From positions 1 to 64,000 of the IMG/VR virus record IMGVR_UViG_642791616_000001: a stretch of 64,000 bases of DNA; one strand, 5' to 3'. Below are positions 49,012 through 57,896 of this stretch, one piece after another (the first letter of the stretch is position 1; each line of letters starts with the position of its first letter). A program made the position numbers and the translations under genes. A model generated the notes under the pieces. The model was not told the DNA's origin, made no database searches, and saw only the letters and a list, made by a program, of their open reading frames with translations. Source of the DNA: a virus (taxonomy: Duplodnaviria; Caudoviricetes).

Positions 49012-49120
49012 TACTCCGGTTTAACGGCGGTATATCAACGTTTGCTTAACGGTGACTTAAGCGATGACTTATCGTAGTGTACCGCTCCTATAACGCGCAG
49101 TGAAGCGCACCGGTAAATCG

Positions 49121-49154
49121 ATCGTCTTCTATACGAAATAGGAGGCGATTTTTT
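49121..49154 (+). terminator. Terminator hairpin that contains the integrase RBS
   Basis: ATCGTCTTCTAT-acgaa-ATAGGAGGCGAT followed by T-run, then ATG at 49156. Confidence 0.65.
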
Positions 49155-49155
49155 A

Positions 49156-50217
49156 ATGCATTCAGAACGACGGAAAGGTAAGCGCGTTAAGGCGGAAAGG
49201 ACGATTACTAAAACATCGCGCGGCAAAACGTATTCAATCTCGGTTATCTGCGAGAAAATATGCGAAGCAAAGCTCGCGGAAAATAGAGCACCGGAAACAA
49301 TCGACCGGTACCGGAGGGCATGTCGTTACCTATTAGAATACGCGCGCATGATCGGACTAGACGATGACATACGTGATATAGACGTCGACTTTGCACGCGG
49401 CTTTGTTGCGTATTTGTTGCACGAACGGGTTAAATTCGACGGCCACAAGTTCAAAAAAGACGAACACAAAACGCCCGGTATGTCGCCGAAGTCCGTAAAC
49501 GATTATATAAAAACACTACGGACCCTCTTTCGGTTTGCTCAACACGAAGGATCGGCACTACTAAACCCGTTTGATGATACGAAGCTAGTTAGCGATCCGG
49601 AAGAAATGGTAAACATACTATCTCCGGATGAATTACGAAGGCTTTTAAGTGCCCCGGATCAGCGGACGTTCGTAGGTTTCCGCGACTATGTAATCATGAC
49701 GTTTCTAGTCGATTCAATGGCCCGCATCGGCGAAATCTTATCATTAACGAAAGAAAACGTAGATTATGCGTCAAGTACCGTTTACTTCAGCGCATGGGAC
49801 GTTAAAACACGTCAAGGAAGATTCGTCCCTCTCGAAAGGAAAACGATGAACTTAATAAAAGAACTTCTTATAGAAAACGAAGACTTCGAAAGTCCCTTCG
49901 TATTCTTAAGTAACTACGGAGAACAATTAGAGACGAACCATTTTCGGAAACAATTAAATAGATACGCAGAACAAGTCGGTATTACTAAAAAGGTACACCC
50001 TCACTTATTCCGGCACACTGGCGCTACGATGTACTTAGAAAACGGCGGAGACATTCGGCACTTACAAGCGATGCTTGGCCATAGAGATATGCGTATGGTT
50101 AAACGGTACACTCACTTGTCTAAAAGCTCGCTGAAAGAACAACATTCAAAACATTCTCCGCTTGTTCAAATTACGGAAAAATTAAATAAGGAACGGAAGA
50201 CTTTTCGAAAACGATAG
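49156..50217 (+). CDS. Tyrosine integrase (XerC/D-like) of prophage 2
   Basis: ARIGE, HPHLFRHT, LGH...RYTH. Confidence 0.93.
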   Translation: MHSERRKGKRVKAERTITKTSRGKTYSISVICEKICEAKLAENRAPETIDRYRRACRYLLEYARMIGLDDDIRDIDVDFARGFVAYLLHERVKFDGHKFKKDEHKTPGMSPKSVNDYIKTLRTLFRFAQHEGSALLNPFDDTKLVSDPEEMVNILSPDELRRLLSAPDQRTFVGFRDYVIMTFLVDSMARIGEILSLTKENVDYASSTVYFSAWDVKTRQGRFVPLERKTMNLIKELLIENEDFESPFVFLSNYGEQLETNHFRKQLNRYAEQVGITKKVHPHLFRHTGATMYLENGGDIRHLQAMLGHRDMRMVKRYTHLSKSSLKEQHSKHSPLVQITEKLNKERKTFRKR

Positions 50218-50253
50218 GACGGCTTAGTTGCCGTCTTTTTTTTTTGCGTCCAG

Positions 50254-51042
50254 TTATTCCGCTTCGATAAACGCCTCGAACGCCTCTAATTTACCACGCA
50301 TTTTACGGCGTTTTGCCTCGCTTGCTGCACGTTGGAACGAAATATACACGTAATCATCAAAACGGCTAATTTCGTTCAATTTCGCTTTGAGTATCGTTTT
50401 GTACCACGCATCTACGAACGGCTCCGGATCATGTTCGATCATTAACGCAGGATCTACGGAAGCCTTAGCACGCAATAACAATCCGTAATATTTATAGATT
50501 TCTGCTGCGTCAAAGAAGCGACTCATAGCGTTGTAGATTTCCGTTGGCAACGAGTTTTTCAGCGCTTCAGCCGGCACCGTAGCCGTATCTTTAACGTGCT
50601 TTTTATTTTTAAGATTAATAGAATCCGATGGTTCATTTTCGATTTTCGCCGTCTCAACCGTTGGTACATCGGCGTTTTCCGGCGCCTGGCGAGTGGTCAC
50701 TGTCGACTGGTCATTCGCGTCTAACGGTAAGATGACGATTATGTTTGCGCCCTTGCCCCCGTTGATTTTACGAGTCGTTGCGACCTTCTTGACGATGTTC
50801 AGCGCAGCCAGTTGATTAAGAACGCGGCGTGCCGTCTTGACGGATTTACCGATCAGGTCCGCTAGAGTTTCCGCTTTGAGATGCGCTGCGCCTGCGAATT
50901 TAACCGCATAACGTGCGATCTGTTTAAGTGCGGCCCGCGCCGTATCTGATAAGTCGTATGAGTTTCGTTTGATATGTTCGTAGACGGCCGTGTTTAGGGC
51001 CTGCGTCGATGAGAACGTTTGGTGTTCCGCTAAGTAATGCAT
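50254..51042 (-). CDS. Winged-HTH replication-initiator-like protein
   Basis: HLKAETLADLIGKSVKTARRVLNQL...GGKGANIIVILP. Confidence 0.65.
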   Translation of the reverse strand: MHYLAEHQTFSSTQALNTAVYEHIKRNSYDLSDTARAALKQIARYAVKFAGAAHLKAETLADLIGKSVKTARRVLNQLAALNIVKKVATTRKINGGKGANIIVILPLDANDQSTVTTRQAPENADVPTVETAKIENEPSDSINLKNKKHVKDTATVPAEALKNSLPTEIYNAMSRFFDAAEIYKYYGLLLRAKASVDPALMIEHDPEPFVDAWYKTILKAKLNEISRFDDYVYISFQRAASEAKRRKMRGKLEAFEAFIEAE

Positions 51043-51169
51043 GTCGATCCCTCCATATCGCTATATCGTTATTTTAATATTAACGAAATAAATATCGATA
51101 TGTCAATATTTTTATTTACACGATAGCGATATTCCGATATACTCAACTTATAGAAACGGAGGTAATTCG

Positions 51170-51373
51170 ATGGAGTTATACGTAAAGTTAGACGATCTTC
51201 TCGCAGAAATCGGCATGACTAAAAAGGAACTCGCGGAAAAAGCAGGATTACGCCCGAACGTTATCAGTGAATTATCACAACAACAAAGAACGACGGTTAA
51301 TCGATCGCACATCGGAAAGATATGCGAAGTTTTAGAGATACGCGATATGAATAAATTGTTTGAGGTACGATGA
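51170..51373 (+). CDS. Cro/C1-type HTH regulator
   Basis: MTKKELAEKAGLRPNVISEL; CGATA repeats in the divergent intergenic region. Confidence 0.85.
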   Translation: MELYVKLDDLLAEIGMTKKELAEKAGLRPNVISELSQQQRTTVNRSHIGKICEVLEIRDMNKLFEVR

Positions 51374-51397
51374 ACTTAAATCTAAGGAGGAAAAAAC

Positions 51398-51646
51398 ATG
51401 GAGGAAAAGACTGTAAGTAAACGTTATTTTAGGGAACTATCTGAAATTAAAAATAAACTCAACGACTTGAAAAATGAACGAATTTACGAATTATCCAAGA
51501 CCAAAAATGACGGATATTTACGCACTAATATAGAACAATTAGAAAAACTACTCGAGAAGCTGTTCTTCAAAATTGATAACGACGCCCCTTCCGTCGATGA
51601 AGAATTGCGAGAAGCAGTGAATAGCGCGTATAAAAGTAACGATTGA
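51398..51646 (+). CDS. Hypothetical coiled-coil protein
   Basis: AAGGAGG RBS. Confidence 0.7.
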   Translation: MEEKTVSKRYFRELSEIKNKLNDLKNERIYELSKTKNDGYLRTNIEQLEKLLEKLFFKIDNDAPSVDEELREAVNSAYKSND

Positions 51647-51672
51647 TAAACGAACACACATTCGGTTATAAT
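51643..51672 (+). promoter_or_regulatory. LexA-controlled promoter of yolD-like gene
   Basis: TTGATA-N18-TATAAT with CGAACACACATTCG in the spacer. Confidence 0.65.
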
Positions 51673-51691
51673 TTAACCGGAGGTGTCGCCG

Positions 51692-52036
51692 ATGTGGAAT
51701 GAGGAAAAAGATCAAAATCGCTGGCAGATGAAGTTCATATTGCCGGAACATAACGAGGCTTTGCGTCAATTACATCTCGCGAAGCAGAAAATAGATCGAC
51801 CGGTATTAAGTGAGGAGCAGGTCGGCGAATTTGAGTACGTTATATCTTCGGCGGTGAGCGAAGACCTGCCGCTAGACTTCGAAGTGTACGATGACGGCTT
51901 TGTTCGCGAAGTAAGTGGCCGCGTTGTATACGTGGACCATCTACGGAAGGAATTTCGTGTGAAGGATAATCGAGGCGATACTAATTTCGTTAAGTTTGCG
52001 GATCTGATAAACGTAAAAAACACCCCATCCGGTTAG
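51692..52036 (+). CDS. yolD: YolD-like protein
   Basis: WQMKFILPEH...RPVLSEEQ; SOS box upstream. Confidence 0.8.
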   Translation: MWNEEKDQNRWQMKFILPEHNEALRQLHLAKQKIDRPVLSEEQVGEFEYVISSAVSEDLPLDFEVYDDGFVREVSGRVVYVDHLRKEFRVKDNRGDTNFVKFADLINVKNTPSG

Positions 52037-52051
52037 GGACGGGGCTTTTCG

Positions 52052-52603
52052 TTATTGATTAAATGTATATTCGCGCGTAAATGAAGACGTGTCAGAAACG
52101 TCCTTACCGGACATTTCGTAAATTTCCCACGATAAATTAACGCTAGTAACTTCGTTTGGTGACGTATTCGACATAGGCCATGCGTAAAAGAAGTCGAGCC
52201 TATCGCCTTTGTTCTTCAGCTTAGGCGTACCTTCTTCCGATACTTTGATTAATTCTTCCGGACCGAGTTCTTCACCTGTGTTTAACTTAATCGTTTCGGA
52301 TGCCGGAAAGGCTTCGAAGGAAGAATGGCCGATATTTTCGATCGAACCTTTTATTGCGATATGGGCGCTTGACGGCGAAATAAGAATTCGATCAACTTTT
52401 ATATTCAGCCCGTCGATATTATCCTCGTCATTAATTTCCGAACTATAGGCCCACAGATCGCTGTCCTCACGTAAGTTTTCATTTGCGTTGGTTTCTTCCG
52501 CTTGGACCTCTTCGTCTTTACTACTCGGCTGAGTATTCGACGAACACCCCGCAACTATCAGCAAGGCTATTACTATAGAAAAAAGTAGTCTAACACGCTT
52601 CAT
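52052..52603 (-). CDS. Lipoprotein moron after lysis module
   Basis: Lipobox IVAGC; IKGSIEN...IKLNTGEEL beta-sandwich. Confidence 0.75.
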   Translation of the reverse strand: MKRVRLLFSIVIALLIVAGCSSNTQPSSKDEEVQAEETNANENLREDSDLWAYSSEINDEDNIDGLNIKVDRILISPSSAHIAIKGSIENIGHSSFEAFPASETIKLNTGEELGPEELIKVSEEGTPKLKNKGDRLDFFYAWPMSNTSPNEVTSVNLSWEIYEMSGKDVSDTSSFTREYTFNQ

Positions 52604-52695
52604 TTAACCACGACCTTTTTCTTTTAATTATACGTTATTGTTATGTAGAACGGCTACCTACGTTTTTATACGTAAGCAACCGCCGAAAGTTCCTC

Positions 52696-52935
52696 TTATT
52701 TCTTGCCGACCTCATCTAACGCTTTTCTTTCGCGCGCTTTCTTGGATACATCGTTATCTTTCCAGTACGCCAAAAGCGAAGTCGCCCCGAGGAACAACAG
52801 CGCAATAAAATCGGACACCGCCGCCTCGTCTACCGGAATCGTCTGCACGCCAAACATCGTTAGCCCGCTATTTACGAGAGCCAACGCAAGTAAAATAAAT
52901 CGAGTCACCGTTCCTGCGCTAATATTCTTCTTCAT
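52696..52935 (-). CDS. Phage holin (SPP1 family)
   Basis: ISAGTVTRFILL...AYWKDNDVS. Confidence 0.85.
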   Translation of the reverse strand: MKKNISAGTVTRFILLALALVNSGLTMFGVQTIPVDEAAVSDFIALLFLGATSLLAYWKDNDVSKKARERKALDEVGKK

Positions 52936-53771
52936 ACGCTATACCCCGCTTTCTTTAGTGCCGCCACTAATTTGGCGCGTGTTGCGGACCCGTAAATACC
53001 GTCGTTTGCGATGCCTGCCTGCGTCGACTGGAATCGCTTGACTGCGTTAGCCGTTTTCGGACCGTAGATGCCGTCGATGCCGTTATTCTTCGCCCCTTTG
53101 TCCGGGTAGAAATATACGGCTGCCAATGCGTTCTGAAGTTGCGTAACTGCCGTGCCGCGAGCACCTTGACGGATCACGCCGGTCGGTACCGCTAATTTTT
53201 TGGACGGCGCTTTTGGTTTAGTCGCTTTCACCGGCTTAGTCGCTGTGCCCGTTTTTGCAGGCGCTTTGGTTCCGTTTAGTGCTGCGAGCTCTTTCGCAAT
53301 AGCCGATTTAACTGCGCCCCAACGACCTTCATCGAGCACACGATGCGGGCAGTGTTTTCCGCTCCAATCTTCGTGCTTTTTGACGCGATCGACGCCCCAT
53401 CCGTGTTCTTTTAGAAGCTGCGCAATGAATTTAATCGCCAATGCTTCTGCCTTTTTATAGCGCTCGCCTCCGGATTTTGAATAGCACACCTCAACGCCGA
53501 TTGACGTTCTGTTTCCGCTGTTTGGTCCGGAGCCATCTCCGCAGTGCCAAGCGTTTCTATTTACCGGTATCCCCTGACGAACCTCTACGTCATCTACTGC
53601 GAAGTGGTACGATACCTGATTGTTATTTCCGTTCATATACGAGATTTCATTTTTAGCTGGCGCATCGTTAGCTGTGTTATGGAACGTGATGTATTTCGCG
53701 TCCATCGCATTCGGACATTTAATTCCGTACTTACTCGGAGATACAAGATCCTGCGTCACTTTAATCGTCAT
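52932..53771 (-). CDS. N-acetylmuramoyl-L-alanine amidase endolysin (XlyA/CwlA-like)
   Basis: ITFHNTANDA, SYHFAVDD, NAWHCGDG, WSGKHCPHR; PG-binding C-terminus. Confidence 0.93.
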   Translation of the reverse strand: MTIKVTQDLVSPSKYGIKCPNAMDAKYITFHNTANDAPAKNEISYMNGNNNQVSYHFAVDDVEVRQGIPVNRNAWHCGDGSGPNSGNRTSIGVEVCYSKSGGERYKKAEALAIKFIAQLLKEHGWGVDRVKKHEDWSGKHCPHRVLDEGRWGAVKSAIAKELAALNGTKAPAKTGTATKPVKATKPKAPSKKLAVPTGVIRQGARGTAVTQLQNALAAVYFYPDKGAKNNGIDGIYGPKTANAVKRFQSTQAGIANDGIYGSATRAKLVAALKKAGYSV

Positions 53772-53792
53772 ACAATCGTCTCCCTTTTCGTT

Positions 53793-54059
53793 TTATTTAA
53801 AAAGCGCGAGACCTAGCGATAGCAACAAACCCACTACCGTAAGCATCACGCCCCAAACCCACTTCGTATTTGCGCGCATGTCTAAAATGTCTGCGCGGTT
53901 TTCTTTTGCGAGTGCCAACGCTTCATCCGCTTTCTCGTCCGCTTGGTCTGCTTTTGTTTTAACATCGTTGAAAAAGTCGACCTTAGTATCGATACGAACG
54001 AGCCACTCGCGAATGTCCGAAATCTTTTCGTTTAATTCGGTATTGCTCGGCTCCGCCAT
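53793..54059 (-). CDS. xhlA: XhlA-like lysis accessory protein
   Basis: WLVRIDTK coiled coil + C-terminal TM (NTKWVWG). Confidence 0.75.
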   Translation of the reverse strand: MAEPSNTELNEKISDIREWLVRIDTKVDFFNDVKTKADQADEKADEALALAKENRADILDMRANTKWVWGVMLTVVGLLLSLGLALFK

Positions 54060-54089
54060 ACATACGTCTCTCCTTCCAAAATAAAAAGC

Positions 54090-54251
54090 CTACGACTCTT
54101 CGGCCGGCGGCTTATCAGCTTCGTATTTATCTCCCGTAATTTCTTCGTATTGTTCCGGCGTGATCTTTTTCATAACGACCGCGGCTGCGACTTGCTCCTT
54201 CGTCCAATCCCCGTCCCCGTAAAACTTCTTGATGATCGAGAACCAGTTCAT
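54090..54251 (-). CDS. xkdX: XkdX family protein (53 aa, absent from ORF track)
   Basis: Manual translation MNWFSIIKKFYGDGDW...KITPEQYEEITG. Confidence 0.8.
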   Translation of the reverse strand: MNWFSIIKKFYGDGDWTKEQVAAAVVMKKITPEQYEEITGDKYEADKPPAEES

Positions 54252-54538
54252 TAAATCACTCCCTTCATCATTAATGTGAAAACCAATTCCGCCTGCTGTT
54301 GACGTACAAGTTCGAGTTCAGACGGAGCCGCTTCCGGAAAGAGACTGTCGATATATTCCTGAGTAGCCCCTTCGAACCACTCTTCTTTATCCGGATTAAA
54401 CGTCGCGATAAACAAACCATCCTGCGGCTTAGCTGACGTGAAGCCCTCCGGTACCTCTTCGCCATTCTCAACGTCGACGAGTATTTCTTCGGCTGGTTGC
54501 CACACGTAATTTTCATCGTATTTATATACGCGTATCAT
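54251..54538 (-). CDS. Tail fibre chaperone-like protein
   Basis: Similar to 2835-3209 (PEGFT...QEYIDSL). Confidence 0.65.
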   Translation of the reverse strand: MIRVYKYDENYVWQPAEEILVDVENGEEVPEGFTSAKPQDGLFIATFNPDKEEWFEGATQEYIDSLFPEAAPSELELVRQQQAELVFTLMMKGVI

Positions 54539-54549
54539 TAAAGCACCTC

Positions 54550-55989
54550 CTATACTTTCGCCGCCCTAAAACGGAAGCCAAACGTGATAAATTCGTTCGG
54601 ATTAGCCGTATTAGAGCACGATTGAATACAAACCTTTCCGTCTGTTCCGATATACGTACGGTGGTATTGCGGAACATTCGTCGTTCCCACACTCGAAGCC
54701 ACTCCGATAAAATGCATTGATTGAATCGGAAAGTAATCGGGTAGCAACGTGAATGCGGCGACGTTATTACCGAGTGCCCCGCCTGCAATTGAGCCGACGA
54801 TTTCAACAACACCGAACGCGTCCTTCGTGTAGCGTACCGTGTGAGGAAATCCGTCCGGCGATACGTATTGCTTCCACCCGTTACCTAAAGACGGCGTTTC
54901 CCAAGTTGGGGTAGCATCTGCATCCGTTAGTATCCGACGCCATCCGCTCCATACGTTATTATTGAGATAATTCGTATAAACGTTATTGAAGTAATCTGTC
55001 GCGTACACCCATCCGAATGTTCCTTTACCATTTGTAGCATCGGTCATGTGGTAAAATCCCCTAAATGATCGGGTATTCGGTAAGTCGCGCGACCGGGCGA
55101 TTGCGTAAAACGTGCCCTGCCCCAATCCGTTGTTGATTATGGACTCTAAAATGCTTCCGGATGTGTCTTTTAACGATATTAAGGGCAGGCCAGTATCTTC
55201 AGTGATTTTGCGCTGTTGAAAGTTAGCCATAAGATCCTTCGCCGTCTGCAATGCCTCGTCTACTTTTTGCTGCGCCCCCGACGTAGTTTCCTTCGAGTTC
55301 CATGTCGAGCGCTCTTCGTTAGTCACGTGCTTTATAGCATCGTTTGCGTGGGCGGTTACTTTTGCTTGCGCGCCGGCCGTCGTCTCCTTGGCGTCCCATT
55401 CCGCTTTCTTCTTCGCAGTGACATGGACATCCGAATTATTTGCGTGATCATCTACTTTTTCTTGCGCTCCAACCTTCGTTTCAACGTTGTCTAAATCTTC
55501 GAATTTTGCTTCGATTTCGGCGACGGTTGCTACTACATCGTCATAAAGATCGTTAATTTGACCCCGCAGCGTTTCAAAGTCATCGATGTAATATTCCGCA
55601 ACGGGTACGATATTTTGATCGATAAGTGACTGCTCGATGCTGAATCCGAATTTATGAATGGATAGCGCTTGGCCGTTCGTGTAATAAAGAATCAATTCGG
55701 CTTTTACGTTTCCATAATGACGAATTTCATCCGCCGATAAAACGTACTCGGCCAGTCCTTCTGGCTTATTTACTAGTGTGATTGCTCGTATAAAACGGCT
55801 TCCATCCGCCATCGAAAGGACTAATTTACCTACGACCGCCGATAACGGTAAAGGAACGCCATCTTTCGTGAGCTTAAAGGATAGACGCGCCGTTTTTATA
55901 TCTTGCGTGCTGAATTGTATGGCGGCATTGATAGGCCGCTTTGTTTGCGCATTGACGTCGAATGACAAAGCGCCATCTTTTGCTAACAT
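54550..55989 (-). CDS. BppU-domain baseplate/fibre protein
   Basis: FSTQDIKTARLSFKLTKDG N-terminus; KETTAGAQ repeats; C-terminal receptor module. Confidence 0.85.
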   Translation of the reverse strand: MLAKDGALSFDVNAQTKRPINAAIQFSTQDIKTARLSFKLTKDGVPLPLSAVVGKLVLSMADGSRFIRAITLVNKPEGLAEYVLSADEIRHYGNVKAELILYYTNGQALSIHKFGFSIEQSLIDQNIVPVAEYYIDDFETLRGQINDLYDDVVATVAEIEAKFEDLDNVETKVGAQEKVDDHANNSDVHVTAKKKAEWDAKETTAGAQAKVTAHANDAIKHVTNEERSTWNSKETTSGAQQKVDEALQTAKDLMANFQQRKITEDTGLPLISLKDTSGSILESIINNGLGQGTFYAIARSRDLPNTRSFRGFYHMTDATNGKGTFGWVYATDYFNNVYTNYLNNNVWSGWRRILTDADATPTWETPSLGNGWKQYVSPDGFPHTVRYTKDAFGVVEIVGSIAGGALGNNVAAFTLLPDYFPIQSMHFIGVASSVGTTNVPQYHRTYIGTDGKVCIQSCSNTANPNEFITFGFRFRAAKV

Positions 55990-56003
55990 CCGTTTTCCTC
56001 CCT

Positions 56004-57884
56004 TTAAATAACGTTCGCAGTCGAAGTGATTGGGTCGACGCTGTTGTCGTTATAGCTGTCGTCAAAGCCCGCACCTTTAACGTAATTTCCGTACGATGAA
56101 ATTTGCGAGCATGTATTCGTCAGATAAATACCATGACGCATTCCTAGTCCGGTAATGTCGTTGAACGCGCACATAGACCGCGCAACGCCGGATAAGAAAA
56201 TGATCCCGTCATAACCGTCGCTTTCGGTTGCTCGCGTTCCGACATCTACAAGCGTATTAAAAAAGACGCGTACTCTCCGTGAGTCCCCCGATACGGAGAT
56301 TCCGGAAAAGCCGACGTCCTTTAACACATTATTCGCGACAGTAACGTTATTACAGCGCCCTTCCTCGATACGGATTCCGTTTCCCTTGACGCCCCGCAAA
56401 GTATTAGCCGTTGCAGAACCGTAAGTGCTTCGGGTTATCAGAATGCCGTGGTGACCTACGTTGTCGACTACGTTATTTGCAATCGTATAGTTGTAAACGT
56501 CGGAGATGTGTATTCCGTGGCGCGCAACAACACCATCTATTACGTTGCCGGAAATAACTACGTCGTCGATCGTCTGATAGTCTTTACGACCGTATACCTG
56601 AATCGCATGATTCTTCGTAATGTTGGTGATCGTGTTTTCTGTGATAACGTGGTGCTTCGTTTTATTGACGCGCCCCGTAGGATTTCCGTTTGCATCCTGC
56701 GTGTATTGCGTCGTGACTCTCGGAAGAAGAATACGAATACCGGAAGCGCAGTTGTTTATCTTGTTGCCGCTAATTCTCGTGTCGTACCATTTGTTGCCGC
56801 TGATTGCGTACTCTGTCGTGTCCTCAATGACGTTATCTAGGATTCGGATGACCGAATACCAAACACCGTCCGTACTCGTATGAGAATCGACGGCACGCGC
56901 CCAGCCGCCTAGCTTGCTTGAACGGCCGAAATAGTTGCCACGAATGACGATATTCCGTGTGACAGTTTGATCGTACGAACCGAACGCGCCGAAGTTTGCT
57001 GATGAACGCATTAAGTCGATCTGAATGGCCGCCGAGAACCATCGATCGCCTACGTAGTCAGCGTATCCCTTAAACTTAACGTTCTCGATCAAGACGTTCT
57101 GATTTCCAGCGCAGTCAAATGCGTGCCCTCCGCATACATCTAGTACGGTAATATCCCGGATGATAATTCCGTCAGCGTGCGCAAATCCAAACACGGAACA
57201 TTGTTGTTTGATTACTGCGCCGTTGCTGTCGAAGGTGCCTCCGCCTTCAATCACGATATTTCCGTGCCCGTTATAGCCGCTGAAATTATCCGTTTCAAGT
57301 CCGTTGACTAGCATTGAACCGACGAAGTTTCTTTTGATAACTGCACCGCCCTGAACGATTAGTCGCGTGTTTCTGAAAATCCGAAGCGTTCGCGTTTGCG
57401 TATAGTTCCCAGGCGGAACCACAAGCGTAATGGGCGTTGACTTCGACAGGTCCAGCGCCGCTTGCATCGCGTCATCGAAGTTTCCGTATTTCTCTAAGTA
57501 CGGACGCAACGAAACAAATACCGCCATATCTTCGATCTTTTTCATCAGCTTCGCGAAGTCATAGTCGAATCTGTCTTTCGCCGTCGGATGCGTAGATGCA
57601 TCGAGTGCTACCCGCAGATCGACGACTTCTTTGACGTCTTCACCGTCGTGGTTAACGACTAGATTCGCAAAGCGAGCGTTTAAGTTATCTAGGCGATTAG
57701 CAGCCGTAAAAAGCCCGTGCTGAATTTGCTCGGACTTGTGTGCGGGCGATGCGTTTTTATGGGCATTTAGCTCGGCGGCCGCTTTCGTAAAGCCTTGCTC
57801 GATACTATCGAAGTTATCGTTCAAGTTATTACGAGCAATGCGGTCCCACGCCGACGCGATCCGCTTTAAAAATACGTTAGCCAT
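56004..57884 (-). CDS. Tail spike with right-handed beta-helix (pectin-lyase-like)
   Basis: VPPGNY, repeated GN/NNV...GI beta-helix turns; KEVVDLR anchor. Confidence 0.8.
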   Translation of the reverse strand: MANVFLKRIASAWDRIARNNLNDNFDSIEQGFTKAAAELNAHKNASPAHKSEQIQHGLFTAANRLDNLNARFANLVVNHDGEDVKEVVDLRVALDASTHPTAKDRFDYDFAKLMKKIEDMAVFVSLRPYLEKYGNFDDAMQAALDLSKSTPITLVVPPGNYTQTRTLRIFRNTRLIVQGGAVIKRNFVGSMLVNGLETDNFSGYNGHGNIVIEGGGTFDSNGAVIKQQCSVFGFAHADGIIIRDITVLDVCGGHAFDCAGNQNVLIENVKFKGYADYVGDRWFSAAIQIDLMRSSANFGAFGSYDQTVTRNIVIRGNYFGRSSKLGGWARAVDSHTSTDGVWYSVIRILDNVIEDTTEYAISGNKWYDTRISGNKINNCASGIRILLPRVTTQYTQDANGNPTGRVNKTKHHVITENTITNITKNHAIQVYGRKDYQTIDDVVISGNVIDGVVARHGIHISDVYNYTIANNVVDNVGHHGILITRSTYGSATANTLRGVKGNGIRIEEGRCNNVTVANNVLKDVGFSGISVSGDSRRVRVFFNTLVDVGTRATESDGYDGIIFLSGVARSMCAFNDITGLGMRHGIYLTNTCSQISSYGNYVKGAGFDDSYNDNSVDPITSTANVI

Positions 57885-57896
57885 TTAGTTCCTCCT

